Assembly (NCBI GenBank): GCA_027484965.1
Contig: JAIXRY010000006.1
Location: 65,738-129,737, forward strand
DNA from: a bacterium
GTDB taxonomy: Bacteria > Patescibacteriota > Minisyncoccia > Phycocordibacterales > UBA9973
Length of the DNA stretch: 64,000 nucleotides
Direction: 5' to 3'
Part shown: in pieces, positions 46,984 through 57,135 of the stretch
Layout of the letters: each line of letters starts with the position of its first letter
How positions within the stretch are numbered: position 1 is the stretch's first letter
The notes under the pieces: model-generated
The model's database searches: none
What the model was told of the DNA's origin: nothing
What the model saw: only the letters and a program-made list of their open reading frames with translations
Program-made: the position numbers and the translations under genes

Positions 46984-47415
46984 TTATACACGACGTGGTT
47001 TCTTAGGTTTTGGACCGTTGTGAGGTACCGGTGTAATATCACGAATAGCTGTAACATCTATATTGTGTGACATAAATCCACGAATAGTAGGCTCGCGACC
47101 TGAACCAACGCCAGTGATTACTACATCAACTTCCTTTATACCAAGAGCAGCTGATTTTTCACCTAGAGTTTCACCTACCTTAGTTGCAGCGAAAGGAGTT
47201 CCTTTCTTTGCACCTTTGAAGCCAAGTGATCCTGATGAAGACCAAAAAATAGTATTACCTTGTTTATCAGTAACAACTACTTTTGTGTTGTTGAAAGTAG
47301 CTTCGATATGAAGTGTTCCTGCAGCAACTTTCTTTTTTGGAACGCGTGAAGAATTACGTGCTGGTGCACCTCCTTCATTTGATCCTCCTTTTTTTACAAT
47401 ACGTTTTTTTCCCAT
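46984..47415 (-). CDS. rpsK: 30S ribosomal protein S11
   Basis: S11 signature across the full length. Confidence 0.9.
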   Translation of the reverse strand: MGKKRIVKKGGSNEGGAPARNSSRVPKKKVAAGTLHIEATFNNTKVVVTDKQGNTIFWSSSGSLGFKGAKKGTPFAATKVGETLGEKSAALGIKEVDVVITGVGSGREPTIRGFMSHNIDVTAIRDITPVPHNGPKPKKPRRV

Positions 47416-47450
47416 ATAAATACTAAAAAATAATTAAGCTATCCTAAAGA

Positions 47451-47831
47451 CTATGTCTTTTCAGTCTTACGACGACCACTTCCCATAGTTTTACGAACAT
47501 TTCCACGAACTGTACGTGAATTTGTTTTTGTTCTTTGACCACGAACTGGGAGCTTGCGCATATGACGAACGCCGCGGTATGCCTTAATATCTTTCAAACG
47601 TTTGATATTTGCAGCAACTTCACGCTTCAAGTTTCCTTCTATCTTAAGAGCTTCAACAATCTTACGAATTGTGTTTTCTTCATCTAGAGTTACGTCAGCA
47701 GCTTTTTTTCCATGAGGAACTCCTGCTTCATCTAATACCTTACGTGCACGAGCAATACCAATACCATATAGTTCGGTAAGACCTATTTCGAGACGCTTTT
47801 CATTTGGAATGTTAATACCTAAAATACGCAT
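47451..47831 (-). CDS. rpsM: 30S ribosomal protein S13
   Basis: MRILGINIPNEKRLEIGLTELYGIG N-terminus. Confidence 0.9.
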   Translation of the reverse strand: MRILGINIPNEKRLEIGLTELYGIGIARARKVLDEAGVPHGKKAADVTLDEENTIRKIVEALKIEGNLKREVAANIKRLKDIKAYRGVRHMRKLPVRGQRTKTNSRTVRGNVRKTMGSGRRKTEKT

Positions 47832-47834
47832 AAA

Positions 47835-47945
47835 TTATTGTTTTTGTTTATGTTTTGGGTTTGCGCAAATAATATGAAGGTGACCTTTTCTTTTCACCAT
47901 CTTACACTTTTCGCATATTTTTTTGACCGAAGCCTTGATTTTCAT
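47835..47945 (-). CDS. rpmJ: 50S ribosomal protein L36
   Basis: [36 protein letters not shown] with CxxC...C...H zinc ribbon. The ORF-track entry 47835..48149 is an artefactual upstream extension. Confidence 0.8.
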   Translation of the reverse strand: MKIKASVKKICEKCKMVKRKGHLHIICANPKHKQKQ

Positions 47946-48010
47946 AGACGATAATAAAAAATTTCGGAAACCTAAACTGATTTCCAGAAGTGGGGATAAG
48001 TATACACTAT

Positions 48011-48223
48011 TTATAATCTTTTTACAACTCTTCCTTTTCCACCATATGGGTCTAGGAGTACTTCCACCTTGTCTCCAACGAGAACTTTGATGCGGTGTAG
48101 ACGCATCTTGCCGGAAAGGTACACAAGAATTTCTTTCTCTCCTCCACAAGCAACCCTAAAAAGGGTGTTTGGTAATGCTTCTGTTACTGTACCTACGACA
48201 GTCTGTTTGTTTTCTTCACTCAT
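48011..48223 (-). CDS. infA: translation initiation factor IF-1
   Basis: S1-like OB fold ([14 protein letters not shown]...LSGKMR...GDKV.V.L.PY). Confidence 0.9.
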   Translation of the reverse strand: MSEENKQTVVGTVTEALPNTLFRVACGGEKEILVYLSGKMRLHRIKVLVGDKVEVLLDPYGGKGRVVKRL

Positions 48224-48252
48224 GGGGTAACGATTAGTATCATAACAAAATT

Positions 48253-49503
48253 TTATTCTGAGGTCAACTCTTTAGGTGGATTAACTATTATTTCTAAACG
48301 ATTTTCATCTTTAGGAAGCACATTTTGCCAAATTGGAGTGATTTTTGTTACAGCACTTGCAACTGTTGGGAAGTTTTCAAGCATTTTTTCAACGTTATTT
48401 TTTGATACGCCAAGTAAAAGTTGCTTTAATTCTTTTATATTAATCACAGAAACAATCCTTCCTTCTATAGTAAGAAGTGTGTTTATATTACTTACACTTT
48501 CTGGATCTTGTGAGGGTTGAAATGAAAAAACAAAATTCTGTAATTCTGGTACTGTAAATTCTTTTGTAGAAAAATCCGTCTTTGTATAAGATTTTATATA
48601 CTCCATAAGTGAAATTTCTTTTACCATATACACCACCAACTTACCTTCTCTTTTTATTACTGCTTCACTATTTTTAGATTGGAAAGTTTTACTTGTATCA
48701 TCTGGAACTAACACTGACAAATCTTTATAAAGTATATATCCAGCCGGGGCTTGCGCTTGTGCTTGTATAAAGAGTTTGTCTTTGAGAGATTGATCAAGTT
48801 TCGAAGTTTCAACCTTATAAAGGTCTTCTTCAATAGTATAAACGGTGCCCTGTATTCCTCCAGAAATAGGACCTTCATTTACAGCGTACACATTTACAAA
48901 TTTAGAAGTTTTTGCAAAGCTTGGGAAATTAAAATTTGCATTATTGATATTAAAAGTATCGCCCACTTCACTTGCTTCTATTTGTGCCAACGCACTACCT
49001 GGAGCTTTTGAAATATCATCAAAAGCCGGAACAGTGACCCCTTCTTGTAGTCTATATACTAGACCGTCGTCTGTTTTTAGAGATAGACCTTTTGCAAGTG
49101 TTACAGGTTTCTTTTCTTTATTAAAAATAGACACTTTACCACTCGCCTTTACATTCATGGTAGCTGTAGTATCTAAATGCACAGAGCCTTCAACAGAACC
49201 TTTTAGGGACATTATTTCAAAATGTACGCCAGAAGTATCAGTTCTTGAAAAATTTATAGGTTCGGACTTAAATGAAAAAGTCTTAACTTGAGGAGAGACA
49301 AATATCTTTGCACTGGTAAAATATCCAGATACACCAAAAAATAGAGCAACCATAGATAAAACTGCAAAAATCCATAAGAATAATTTTGCCCTACCATTTT
49401 TATTAGGTCTTTCGTGAGAAATAACAGATTCTTTAAAAACTTGCCTTTCTTGATCTTGTACTTCTGGTGTATTTACTTTTATGTCACTAAACGGTTTTTG
49501 CAT
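48253..49503 (-). CDS. bitopic membrane protein with large extracytoplasmic domain (416 aa)
   Basis: About 40-aa cytoplasmic head, one TM helix, then a beta-rich domain. Overlaps the upstream actin-like ATPase gene by 17 nt. Confidence 0.5.
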   Translation of the reverse strand: MQKPFSDIKVNTPEVQDQERQVFKESVISHERPNKNGRAKLFLWIFAVLSMVALFFGVSGYFTSAKIFVSPQVKTFSFKSEPINFSRTDTSGVHFEIMSLKGSVEGSVHLDTTATMNVKASGKVSIFNKEKKPVTLAKGLSLKTDDGLVYRLQEGVTVPAFDDISKAPGSALAQIEASEVGDTFNINNANFNFPSFAKTSKFVNVYAVNEGPISGGIQGTVYTIEEDLYKVETSKLDQSLKDKLFIQAQAQAPAGYILYKDLSVLVPDDTSKTFQSKNSEAVIKREGKLVVYMVKEISLMEYIKSYTKTDFSTKEFTVPELQNFVFSFQPSQDPESVSNINTLLTIEGRIVSVINIKELKQLLLGVSKNNVEKMLENFPTVASAVTKITPIWQNVLPKDENRLEIIVNPPKELTSE

Positions 49504-50677
49504 AGAGATAATAGAGTCTAAAAATATGAACTGTTTCTATAATCAATCTAACATCGTGCAAGTACTCAGCATCCTTTAGCAATACGTATTCTTTTATAAA
49601 ATCACCATTAAGAGATATTACTTGGAATTTTTGATCAGTCACGAGGTACTGACCAAAAGCTTCTCCCATAATAAGGTCTTTATACCAAGTTTTACCATCA
49701 CCATTAACTTCTAAGAAAACCTTGTTTGGAAGTGTAAGGTGATCACTCATAAGAGCAAGTACTTTTTGGAATTGAGAGAGCCATGCATCACCTACAACCT
49801 TTAGAACATCATCTACTTGTTTTTTAGACTCTTCTGTAAGAGCGTTTGAAAAGTAACTACTCAAAAGAGAAATAGACTCTATATTACTCTTCTTGAGTTG
49901 AGCATTCATGGTTCTAACGATTTCAGCGTTCCCGAGTGGAAGTGAGACTGTTTCTATAAGTACTCCGTTTTTACAAAGAGCAATTTCTGATATTTCTGTA
50001 TCAATAGATACAAAAAGGTAACTCTGGTCATCTTTAAACAAATCTCGAAGAAATAGATATGAAGAGAAAGTATTAGTAGATGAACGAATATTTCTTTCAG
50101 CAAGAGAGACTTGTTTGTCTATAATCTTCTCTATATTATTATTCAAATCTTTTGGAGCAAAACTTAAGAATACTGCAAGTTCAATATTTTTTGCTTCTTT
50201 GTGGTATGGAGTTGGAACACGATAACCGTTTATACTTGCATCTATGGTGTAGTTTTCAATAATTTCCATTGGAATATTGCCAACTTTTGTAGGAAGAACT
50301 TCTTTTTCAAAGCGTTCGAGCTCTTTTTGAACACATTCATGGACGAGCTTTTCTGTAACCTTGAAAGGCACTTTCTTTTCAAAATAAATCTTTTGAGTTT
50401 GAGAGAAAAACCACGGAGAGCTATATACTACATATACTTTTTTAATTCCACTTATTCTTTCTTTTATAAATCTCTCAAGACCGTCGTTTAAAGATACAAA
50501 GAGAGCCTGAGTAAACAGATTGAAATTGAGCTCTTCACCCAACACAAAAGGAACGCGTGTAATCCATTCTATTGTAGGTTTTGGAGTGGTAGGATTACAA
50601 ACAGAAAAAGCAACACTTCCACTTCCTATAGAAATCAAAAGAAATTTTTCTTGTTTCTTTTTCGGCTTACTAAACAT
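49487..50677 (-). CDS. actin-fold (ASKHA) ATPase, PilM/FtsA-like
   Basis: Phosphate-1-like LLISIGSGSVAF and phosphate-2-like FVSIDTEISEIALCKNGVL motifs. It heads the operon that continues into infA and the ribosomal genes. Confidence 0.4.
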   Translation of the reverse strand: MFSKPKKKQEKFLLISIGSGSVAFSVCNPTTPKPTIEWITRVPFVLGEELNFNLFTQALFVSLNDGLERFIKERISGIKKVYVVYSSPWFFSQTQKIYFEKKVPFKVTEKLVHECVQKELERFEKEVLPTKVGNIPMEIIENYTIDASINGYRVPTPYHKEAKNIELAVFLSFAPKDLNNNIEKIIDKQVSLAERNIRSSTNTFSSYLFLRDLFKDDQSYLFVSIDTEISEIALCKNGVLIETVSLPLGNAEIVRTMNAQLKKSNIESISLLSSYFSNALTEESKKQVDDVLKVVGDAWLSQFQKVLALMSDHLTLPNKVFLEVNGDGKTWYKDLIMGEAFGQYLVTDQKFQVISLNGDFIKEYVLLKDAEYLHDVRLIIETVHIFRLYYLYAKTV

Positions 50678-50790
50678 ATATACAAGTATAGCAGTGATGA
50701 GGGGTAAGCGAATAGTGGATAGGAAAAATAGATTGTAATTGACCTAATATTTAAAAAATGTAACTATATATAAAAATAAACAATTTTTAT

Positions 50791-51183
50791 ATGAAAAAAG
50801 AATTGCCATTATACAACACACATGCAAGAGTAGATTGGTCTGGTGTTTACTATGGAGATGCTCTACTCGCATATTTTACTCTTCCTTCAAATGAATACAG
50901 AACAGGACATTGGTATTCTTGTTTTGTGTTTAAAAAACCTCATCCACTTATTGATGTGATGTTATTTTATATCAATAAAGATGCTGGAGAAATAAGAGAA
51001 GATAATGATCCTGATGGTAGAAAAGTAATACGTTTTGCGTTACCTAAAAAATTAAACTTAAAAATAGTTTTTAAGAGAATATTCTACCTTAAAAATTTAA
51101 AGGAGTGTGAAATCCCACTTACTTTTAAAAATATAGTGAAATTTCTTAAGTGGCCAACGTATTGTTGTGTAGTTATCATTTAA
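50791..51183 (+). CDS. hypothetical protein (130 aa)
   Basis: ORF followed by a shared hairpin terminator at 51182-51210. Confidence 0.45.
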   Translation: MKKELPLYNTHARVDWSGVYYGDALLAYFTLPSNEYRTGHWYSCFVFKKPHPLIDVMLFYINKDAGEIREDNDPDGRKVIRFALPKKLNLKIVFKRIFYLKNLKECEIPLTFKNIVKFLKWPTYCCVVII

Positions 51184-51207
51184 AAACCCCAATTAGGGTT
51201 TTTTTAT

Positions 51208-52947
51208 TTATTCAATAACAGCTTTTATGCGTCTTACACCTTGTGACGAGGCTTCTTCTTTTTGAATTTTGAATTTACCTATCACTGCTGTATGTTCTAC
51301 GTGCGGACCGCCACAGAATTCTTTTGAAAATACATTTCCATTTTCATCTTCAACAAAATATACAGTTACAACTTCTGGATATTTTGCTCCGAATTCCATT
51401 TCGGCACCAATTTTCTCGGCTTCAGAAAAAGGCATTTCTCGGCGAACAACTTTGTAATCTTTATTGATTATTTCATTTACCCTATCTTCAACTTTTTGTT
51501 TTTCTTCATCTGTCATTTTGCGGTCAAAAGAAAAATCGATACGTAGACGCTCTTCTGTAATATTTGAACCCTTTTGGTGAACTGTTGGTCCAAGTACTTC
51601 CTGAAGGGCTTTTAGAAGTAAATGATGGGCTGTATGAAGCTTGATTGTAATATCGCTAGTGTTTGCAAGGCCACCTTTAAACATACCAGCACCTGCTGTG
51701 CGAGATTTCTCTTGGTGCTCTTTCATTTCTCTATTAAATTTTTCTCTATCAATAACAATACCTTTTTCTTTTGCGAGTTCTTCTGTGAGTTCAATAGGAA
51801 AACCATATGTAGTCGCAAGGAGAAAAGGATCTGTACCTTTTTCAAATTCTTTAATACCATCTTCTACAGTCTTCTTAAATTTTTCAATTTCGCTTAAAAT
51901 AACGTCTATATTATTTTCTAAACCAATATTCTGATAGATATTTTTGTATTTTTCTAGGAAAATATCCAATATATCTTTTGTGAGATTTGGTGGGAATTGA
52001 AGTTTTAAACTTCTTACAACAGTACGACGAATGAGACGGCGTAGAATATATCCGCGATCTTTATTTGAAGGAATAACACCATCAGCAACCATAAATAATG
52101 CTGTACGTAGATGGTCTGTAATTACACGAGCGTAATTTTCATTATATTCTTTTGATTCTGATTTTATTTTTTCAATTATATCTGAAAGCAGATCAGTATC
52201 ATACGCAGTCTTTTTGCCTTGCATTACAGCAGTAATACGTTCAAGTCCTGCACCTGTGTCTACATTTTTCTGAGCAAGTTTTCCTATTACTTTTCCATCT
52301 TTCTTTTCGTATTCCATGAATACATCATTCCAGATTTCAATAACAGTCTCCTTTTTGTTCGCCTCAATAAAACCTTCGAGAGTTAAGTCTCCAACATTAC
52401 CTTCCATATCATAAAACATTTCACTACATGGACCACAAGGACCATTATCACCAGGTGACCACCAATTGTCGTCTGCAGGTAGGGCATAAATACGATGTTC
52501 TGGTATACCAAGACTCATCCAAATCTTTTTTGATTCTTCGTCATAAGGTGCGTTTTCATCACCTTCAAATATAGTTAAATAGAGACGGTTTATATCAAGA
52601 CCAAGACCTTCTTCTTTTGAAGTAAGGAATTCATAAGACCAAGAAATGGCTTCTTCTTTGAAGTAATCTCCGAGTGACCAATTCCCCATCATTTCAAAAA
52701 ATGAAAAGTGACGATTGTCTCCAATATCTTCTAAGTCTCCTGTACGAACACATTTCTGAATATCGGCAATTCTTTTACCCATTGGATGTTCTTGTCCTAG
52801 TAGATATGGTACAAGAGGTTGCATTCCGGCAGTATTAAAGAGTACTGAAGGATCATTTTCAGGCACGAGGGATGCAGAAGGGATTATTTTGTGGCCTCTT
52901 TTTTCAAAAAAAGCCAAGAATTTTGAGCGGATTTCATGGGATTGCAT
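51208..52947 (-). CDS. alaS: alanyl-tRNA synthetase lacking the C-terminal C-Ala domain
   Basis: Class II catalytic core (FNTAGMQP, GNWSLGDY), editing-domain HTAHHLL and CGGPHV motifs. It ends about 280 aa earlier than canonical AlaRS. Start set at MQSHEIR (ATG 52945-52947) because the TTG-extended frame runs into the pepF terminator. Confidence 0.85.
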   Translation of the reverse strand: MQSHEIRSKFLAFFEKRGHKIIPSASLVPENDPSVLFNTAGMQPLVPYLLGQEHPMGKRIADIQKCVRTGDLEDIGDNRHFSFFEMMGNWSLGDYFKEEAISWSYEFLTSKEEGLGLDINRLYLTIFEGDENAPYDEESKKIWMSLGIPEHRIYALPADDNWWSPGDNGPCGPCSEMFYDMEGNVGDLTLEGFIEANKKETVIEIWNDVFMEYEKKDGKVIGKLAQKNVDTGAGLERITAVMQGKKTAYDTDLLSDIIEKIKSESKEYNENYARVITDHLRTALFMVADGVIPSNKDRGYILRRLIRRTVVRSLKLQFPPNLTKDILDIFLEKYKNIYQNIGLENNIDVILSEIEKFKKTVEDGIKEFEKGTDPFLLATTYGFPIELTEELAKEKGIVIDREKFNREMKEHQEKSRTAGAGMFKGGLANTSDITIKLHTAHHLLLKALQEVLGPTVHQKGSNITEERLRIDFSFDRKMTDEEKQKVEDRVNEIINKDYKVVRREMPFSEAEKIGAEMEFGAKYPEVVTVYFVEDENGNVFSKEFCGGPHVEHTAVIGKFKIQKEEASSQGVRRIKAVIE

Positions 52948-52980
52948 TTGTATAATATACCAAAAAATTGAAGAAATTAA

Positions 52981-53030
52981 AAAGGGCGTCAAAATTATTG
53001 TTTACAATAATTTTGACGCCCTTTTTATAA
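52981..53030 (-). terminator. 20-bp perfect hairpin terminator after pepF
   Basis: AAAGGGCGTCAAAATTATTG-TTTA-CAATAATTTTGACGCCCTTT. Confidence 0.6.
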
Positions 53031-53032
53031 TA

Positions 53033-54832
53033 TTATTTAGTCTTTTTTTTATTTTTAGACTTAAACTGGCTTTGTTTTAATAATTTTTCAAATTCATCAA
53101 TTTCCTTCTCGATACTCTTGAGACCTCCTTCGAAGAAGTCTGGGTGTGACACATCGATACCTATTGATTTGAAAATATTTTCTGGAGACATACTTTCACC
53201 GGCACTCAAGAATTCATTAATCTTTTCTATAAAAGTATTATCTTCTTTGTATTTTTGATAGAGAGCGCGAGACACAAGCTCACCATATGCATAACTATAC
53301 ATGTAAAAATACCAACGTATATGCATAAGTTGCACAAAAAAATATCCATCATCTTCCACAACACTAAAACTTTTTCCCAGATAAGCTTGAAAATGATTCT
53401 TTAACATTTTTGCAATCTCATTATAAGAAATAGAGCCAACTTCTCTTATTTTTTCATGTAATTGCAATTCAAAATTTATTAATGTAATTTGTAAAAAAAT
53501 TGTTGAAATACTATCTTGAATTTTATCGTGCAATACAAGTAATTTATCTTTTTCAGGTAAAGTTTTGAACAATTCATCAAAAGCAAAATTTTCAAAAAGA
53601 GTACTTGCAACCTCTGCAACAGATATCGTATGTCCATCATATAAAATAGGCTGTTTTTTTGAATATTCACCATGAATGGCATGCCCCATCTCATGAGCAA
53701 AAGTATTTACATCATTAAAAGACCCTGTATGATTAAGGAGTACAAAAGTTGGCCGATTATATCCTGCCCAACAATACCCACCGCTTGTTTTATTTTTTCT
53801 TGGATAAGCATCTATCTGTCCAGAGGTTACAAAATTTTCAAGAATTTGAGCATAATCATTACTTATCTTTGAAAAAGCATCATGAACAAAGTTGACACTC
53901 TCTAAAAAAGAATACTCTTTTTTAGATTTATAAAGATGCAATCTAGAGTCAATAAATTCTAATTTATCTACACCTAAAATACTTTTTTTTAAAGTAAAGA
54001 ATCTTTGAGTAAGTGGAAAATATTTTGTTACAGTATCTCTAAGAAGCTCAAATTCCTGTTCGCTATTTTGATACCCAATAACTGTGGCGCTATAAGGCTT
54101 TTTATATCCTCTTAGTTCATCATTTATTTTTTTATCTAGGATAATTGCGTTTAGTTCTGGTTCAATTAAAGAAGCTATTTGTTTTCGTTTAGAAACAATT
54201 ATTTTATATAATTTTAAAGCTTTATTTCTAGGGAGTGTGTAGAGTAGTGAACCTGCTTCAGAAAGCGCAATTTCTTTTTTTTCAAAAAATACAACTTGTT
54301 CTCCAAGAATTTTTTCAGTTTGACGCACCCAAAGATCGTAAGATGTTAAATATTTTAAATTTAAAATCTTCTCTTCCTTTTCAGAAAGCTGATATTTTGC
54401 CTGTAACCACAACTGTTCAAGAAAATAAATAAATCGACTTAAAGAATTATCTGAACTAATCTCTTTTTGAAATTGTGGCTCTATATTACCTAAATTAAGA
54501 GAAAAAAAGATTGTCTTATTCACTGCTTGAGTAATCCTCTCAGAAATTTTTGATATCTGTCCAGATATAGCACTATCAGCAGTATTCATATCTTTTAAAA
54601 GATGGAAATACACAAGAGGTTTTGAAGATCCTATAATCTTTAGTACATTCTCATAATCTTTAAGAGCGCCTAGGAGTGATTTTTTATCACTTAGATATGA
54701 TTTATTCTTTTCGTGTTTCTTAGCAAAAGAATCACATGCTTTCTCTATAGCTACAATATCTGCTTCTATTTGTGGGTCTTTTTGATTTTTGTAGAGTAAA
54801 GTCAAATCCCATTCAGTCTTAATTTTCTTCAT
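53033..54832 (-). CDS. pepF: oligoendopeptidase F (M3B family)
   Basis: HEMGHAIH zinc motif and overall M3B length. Confidence 0.8.
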   Translation of the reverse strand: MKKIKTEWDLTLLYKNQKDPQIEADIVAIEKACDSFAKKHEKNKSYLSDKKSLLGALKDYENVLKIIGSSKPLVYFHLLKDMNTADSAISGQISKISERITQAVNKTIFFSLNLGNIEPQFQKEISSDNSLSRFIYFLEQLWLQAKYQLSEKEEKILNLKYLTSYDLWVRQTEKILGEQVVFFEKKEIALSEAGSLLYTLPRNKALKLYKIIVSKRKQIASLIEPELNAIILDKKINDELRGYKKPYSATVIGYQNSEQEFELLRDTVTKYFPLTQRFFTLKKSILGVDKLEFIDSRLHLYKSKKEYSFLESVNFVHDAFSKISNDYAQILENFVTSGQIDAYPRKNKTSGGYCWAGYNRPTFVLLNHTGSFNDVNTFAHEMGHAIHGEYSKKQPILYDGHTISVAEVASTLFENFAFDELFKTLPEKDKLLVLHDKIQDSISTIFLQITLINFELQLHEKIREVGSISYNEIAKMLKNHFQAYLGKSFSVVEDDGYFFVQLMHIRWYFYMYSYAYGELVSRALYQKYKEDNTFIEKINEFLSAGESMSPENIFKSIGIDVSHPDFFEGGLKSIEKEIDEFEKLLKQSQFKSKNKKKTK

Positions 54833-54836
54833 ATGA

Positions 54837-56669
54837 TTAATCTTTTTTATTTAGTAATAAAAATTTTGCATATTTTTCTGCCACATCTTCAAAACTCTTC
54901 TTATTCGTAGAAATTATTTTCTTACCGTGAACCATTTCAATATAAGCATTAAGCACTATTGGCTTTTTAATAGATTTAATAGAAGACAACTTTTTTATCT
55001 TTTCTTTTGCTTGAGCAATAATTTTTTCGTTTGTCTTAGTGATATTTTTAATATATGCATTAGCGGATAGTTTTTTACCTGTAGCAATTTTTACGAATTC
55101 AGGAAATGTTCTAGACGCTCCCAATTTCCATACCGCTTCCATTTCTTTACCTACCATTTTATTATCAACAATATATCCATATTTTTTATAGAAATATTCT
55201 CTCCATTGTGAAAGTGCTAATTCTGCGAGTGCGTACCCATGATAAGAACAACTCGATTCCCATGCATAGATATGAGGGATTTCAAGCAATGTTAAAGAGG
55301 TGGTCTTAAAATCAGTAAATGTAGTATATGTCTTCTTTGCGATGTTATATAATTTTTCTTTGTCTAATTTTTTTGCCTCATACAACTCTTTTTCAAAATA
55401 CATGACAGACATGATCCCCATCATATGTCTTGGACGTAAAGGCTCTAGCGCTTTTACTTTTCTCTCAAATAATTCAAAAGGGTAAGGATTGCCATTAATA
55501 TCTTTTACATAACGCATTTTCCACTCTATACTTGAAAATACAGTATCTAAGAACATGCTCTGTGTTTCTGCCCAAGCAGTAGACATAGGGGCGTATTCAT
55601 TATTCAGACAAACATCTTTAGTCATCACATTCAAAAAATGTGCAGCATGTCCACCTTCATGAAATAAGGTACTCATTGCAGAAAGAGATTGGCCGGGAAT
55701 ACCTTGATTAAAATTGCAGGTGAATTGAGCTTTACCAGGAACCCTCTTTCCTTTTTTATAATGTACAAGCTCTGGCCAGTGACAAAATCCATTATTATAT
55801 TTACCCTCTCTTTCTACCAAATCAAGAACGAGAGAGCCACCTTTAAAATCAATACCAAGATTTTGGAAAGTTCTACCCCACCATTCTAATCCAAACTGGA
55901 AAGGAAAATAAGGCTCTTCTTCTTTTATAAAAGAACCAGTCATTATAAAACTAAAATTCCATGGTTCGCGAATCCCCTTTCTAGTTTTCTCTAAATTTCT
56001 TATATGAGTAAAAGCATATTTAGTCTTATCATACAAAGGATAAAAAATGCTAAACAATTCTTTCTTAGTCATTCCTTCTTCAATAAAAACTTTATACGCA
56101 TAAAAATCTTCATACCCGAGAGCTTTTGCATATTCATTCCTTAGCTTTATTAATTCCAAAAAATCTTCAATAAGCGGTTCTGAAAGTTTTTGAAGTGCAT
56201 CAAAACAAGCTTTCCTAACGGCAACTTCTTCATGAGTTACCATGAGATTTTTAATAGTATTGATATTCTTTTCTACTTTCTTGTTTGTCTTTGGATCTAT
56301 ATAGTATTGAGGGCGAGAAGATCTAGTTTGTTGTATTTTAGATTCAAGAGTATTTATTTTTACTTTTAATTCAAGAGCTTTGTCGGGTGTTTGAAATGAT
56401 TCAAAAAATTTCTTCCAATACAATAAACGTTCTTTTTCTTCCCCTTTAGCAATAACCAAAAAAGTGGTTACCTTATTTAGAAGTTCTTTATTTGTCCTAA
56501 AAAAATCTCTCTCATTAAGAGCTTGATCTTTTTCATTATCTATTGAATGGTCACACATGTATGAAATCCAAAACAATTCTTCATATGCCTTATGAAGTTT
56601 AGTATATGTGTCGTTTAAGTAGATAATAAGATCTGTAGGTTTTTTAAATTCTATTGAATTTTTCTTCAT
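54837..56669 (-). CDS. M3-like zinc metallopeptidase (second, divergent paralog)
   Basis: HEGGHAAH (HExxH) in a 610-aa protein. 4-nt gap to pepF. Confidence 0.6.
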   Translation of the reverse strand: MKKNSIEFKKPTDLIIYLNDTYTKLHKAYEELFWISYMCDHSIDNEKDQALNERDFFRTNKELLNKVTTFLVIAKGEEKERLLYWKKFFESFQTPDKALELKVKINTLESKIQQTRSSRPQYYIDPKTNKKVEKNINTIKNLMVTHEEVAVRKACFDALQKLSEPLIEDFLELIKLRNEYAKALGYEDFYAYKVFIEEGMTKKELFSIFYPLYDKTKYAFTHIRNLEKTRKGIREPWNFSFIMTGSFIKEEEPYFPFQFGLEWWGRTFQNLGIDFKGGSLVLDLVEREGKYNNGFCHWPELVHYKKGKRVPGKAQFTCNFNQGIPGQSLSAMSTLFHEGGHAAHFLNVMTKDVCLNNEYAPMSTAWAETQSMFLDTVFSSIEWKMRYVKDINGNPYPFELFERKVKALEPLRPRHMMGIMSVMYFEKELYEAKKLDKEKLYNIAKKTYTTFTDFKTTSLTLLEIPHIYAWESSCSYHGYALAELALSQWREYFYKKYGYIVDNKMVGKEMEAVWKLGASRTFPEFVKIATGKKLSANAYIKNITKTNEKIIAQAKEKIKKLSSIKSIKKPIVLNAYIEMVHGKKIISTNKKSFEDVAEKYAKFLLLNKKD

Positions 56670-56716
56670 ATATAGAAGTATAGAGGAAAATAATAAAACC
56701 CGCTAGGCGGGTTTTA

Positions 56717-57133
56717 TTATTTAAAAACAACAAACAAAAGTCCTGTGAATATAAGAATAGAACCTATGATTGTTTTGTAAGTAAAAGCTTCGCCTAAAAA
56801 CAAAGCTGAAGCAAGAAAAATAAGAATAATACTTCCTCGATCTAAAGCGGCTACTAAATTAGCACTTCCAAATTTGAGAGCTGTAAAATAACAAATCCAA
56901 GAAAGCGCCCCAGCAACACCCGCAAATATTATATACATCCACTCTTTTCCAGAAAATGAAAAAGATGTCGACATTTTTCCAAGAGAAAAAGTTGTGACAA
57001 CTAAAAATAGTGTCATTATAAAACTACGAATTGTAGTAAGGAATATAGGGTCAGCACTCTTCACTCCAAGCTTGCCAAAAATAGTTACTAGAGCAGCAAA
57101 AATTGCAGATAGTATACCGAGGAAAATAGCCAT
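56717..57133 (-). CDS. EamA-domain (DMT superfamily) small membrane transporter
   Basis: Four-TM single EamA-like domain. Confidence 0.65.
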   Translation of the reverse strand: MAIFLGILSAIFAALVTIFGKLGVKSADPIFLTTIRSFIMTLFLVVTTFSLGKMSTSFSFSGKEWMYIIFAGVAGALSWICYFTALKFGSANLVAALDRGSIILIFLASALFLGEAFTYKTIIGSILIFTGLLFVVFK

Positions 57134-57135
57134 AA

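Noticed and set aside
47835-48149. 104-aa ORF spanning rpmJ and part of infA
   Set aside because: It is an upstream in-frame extension of the 36-aa L36 gene. Its N-terminal part overlaps the infA coding region in another frame.
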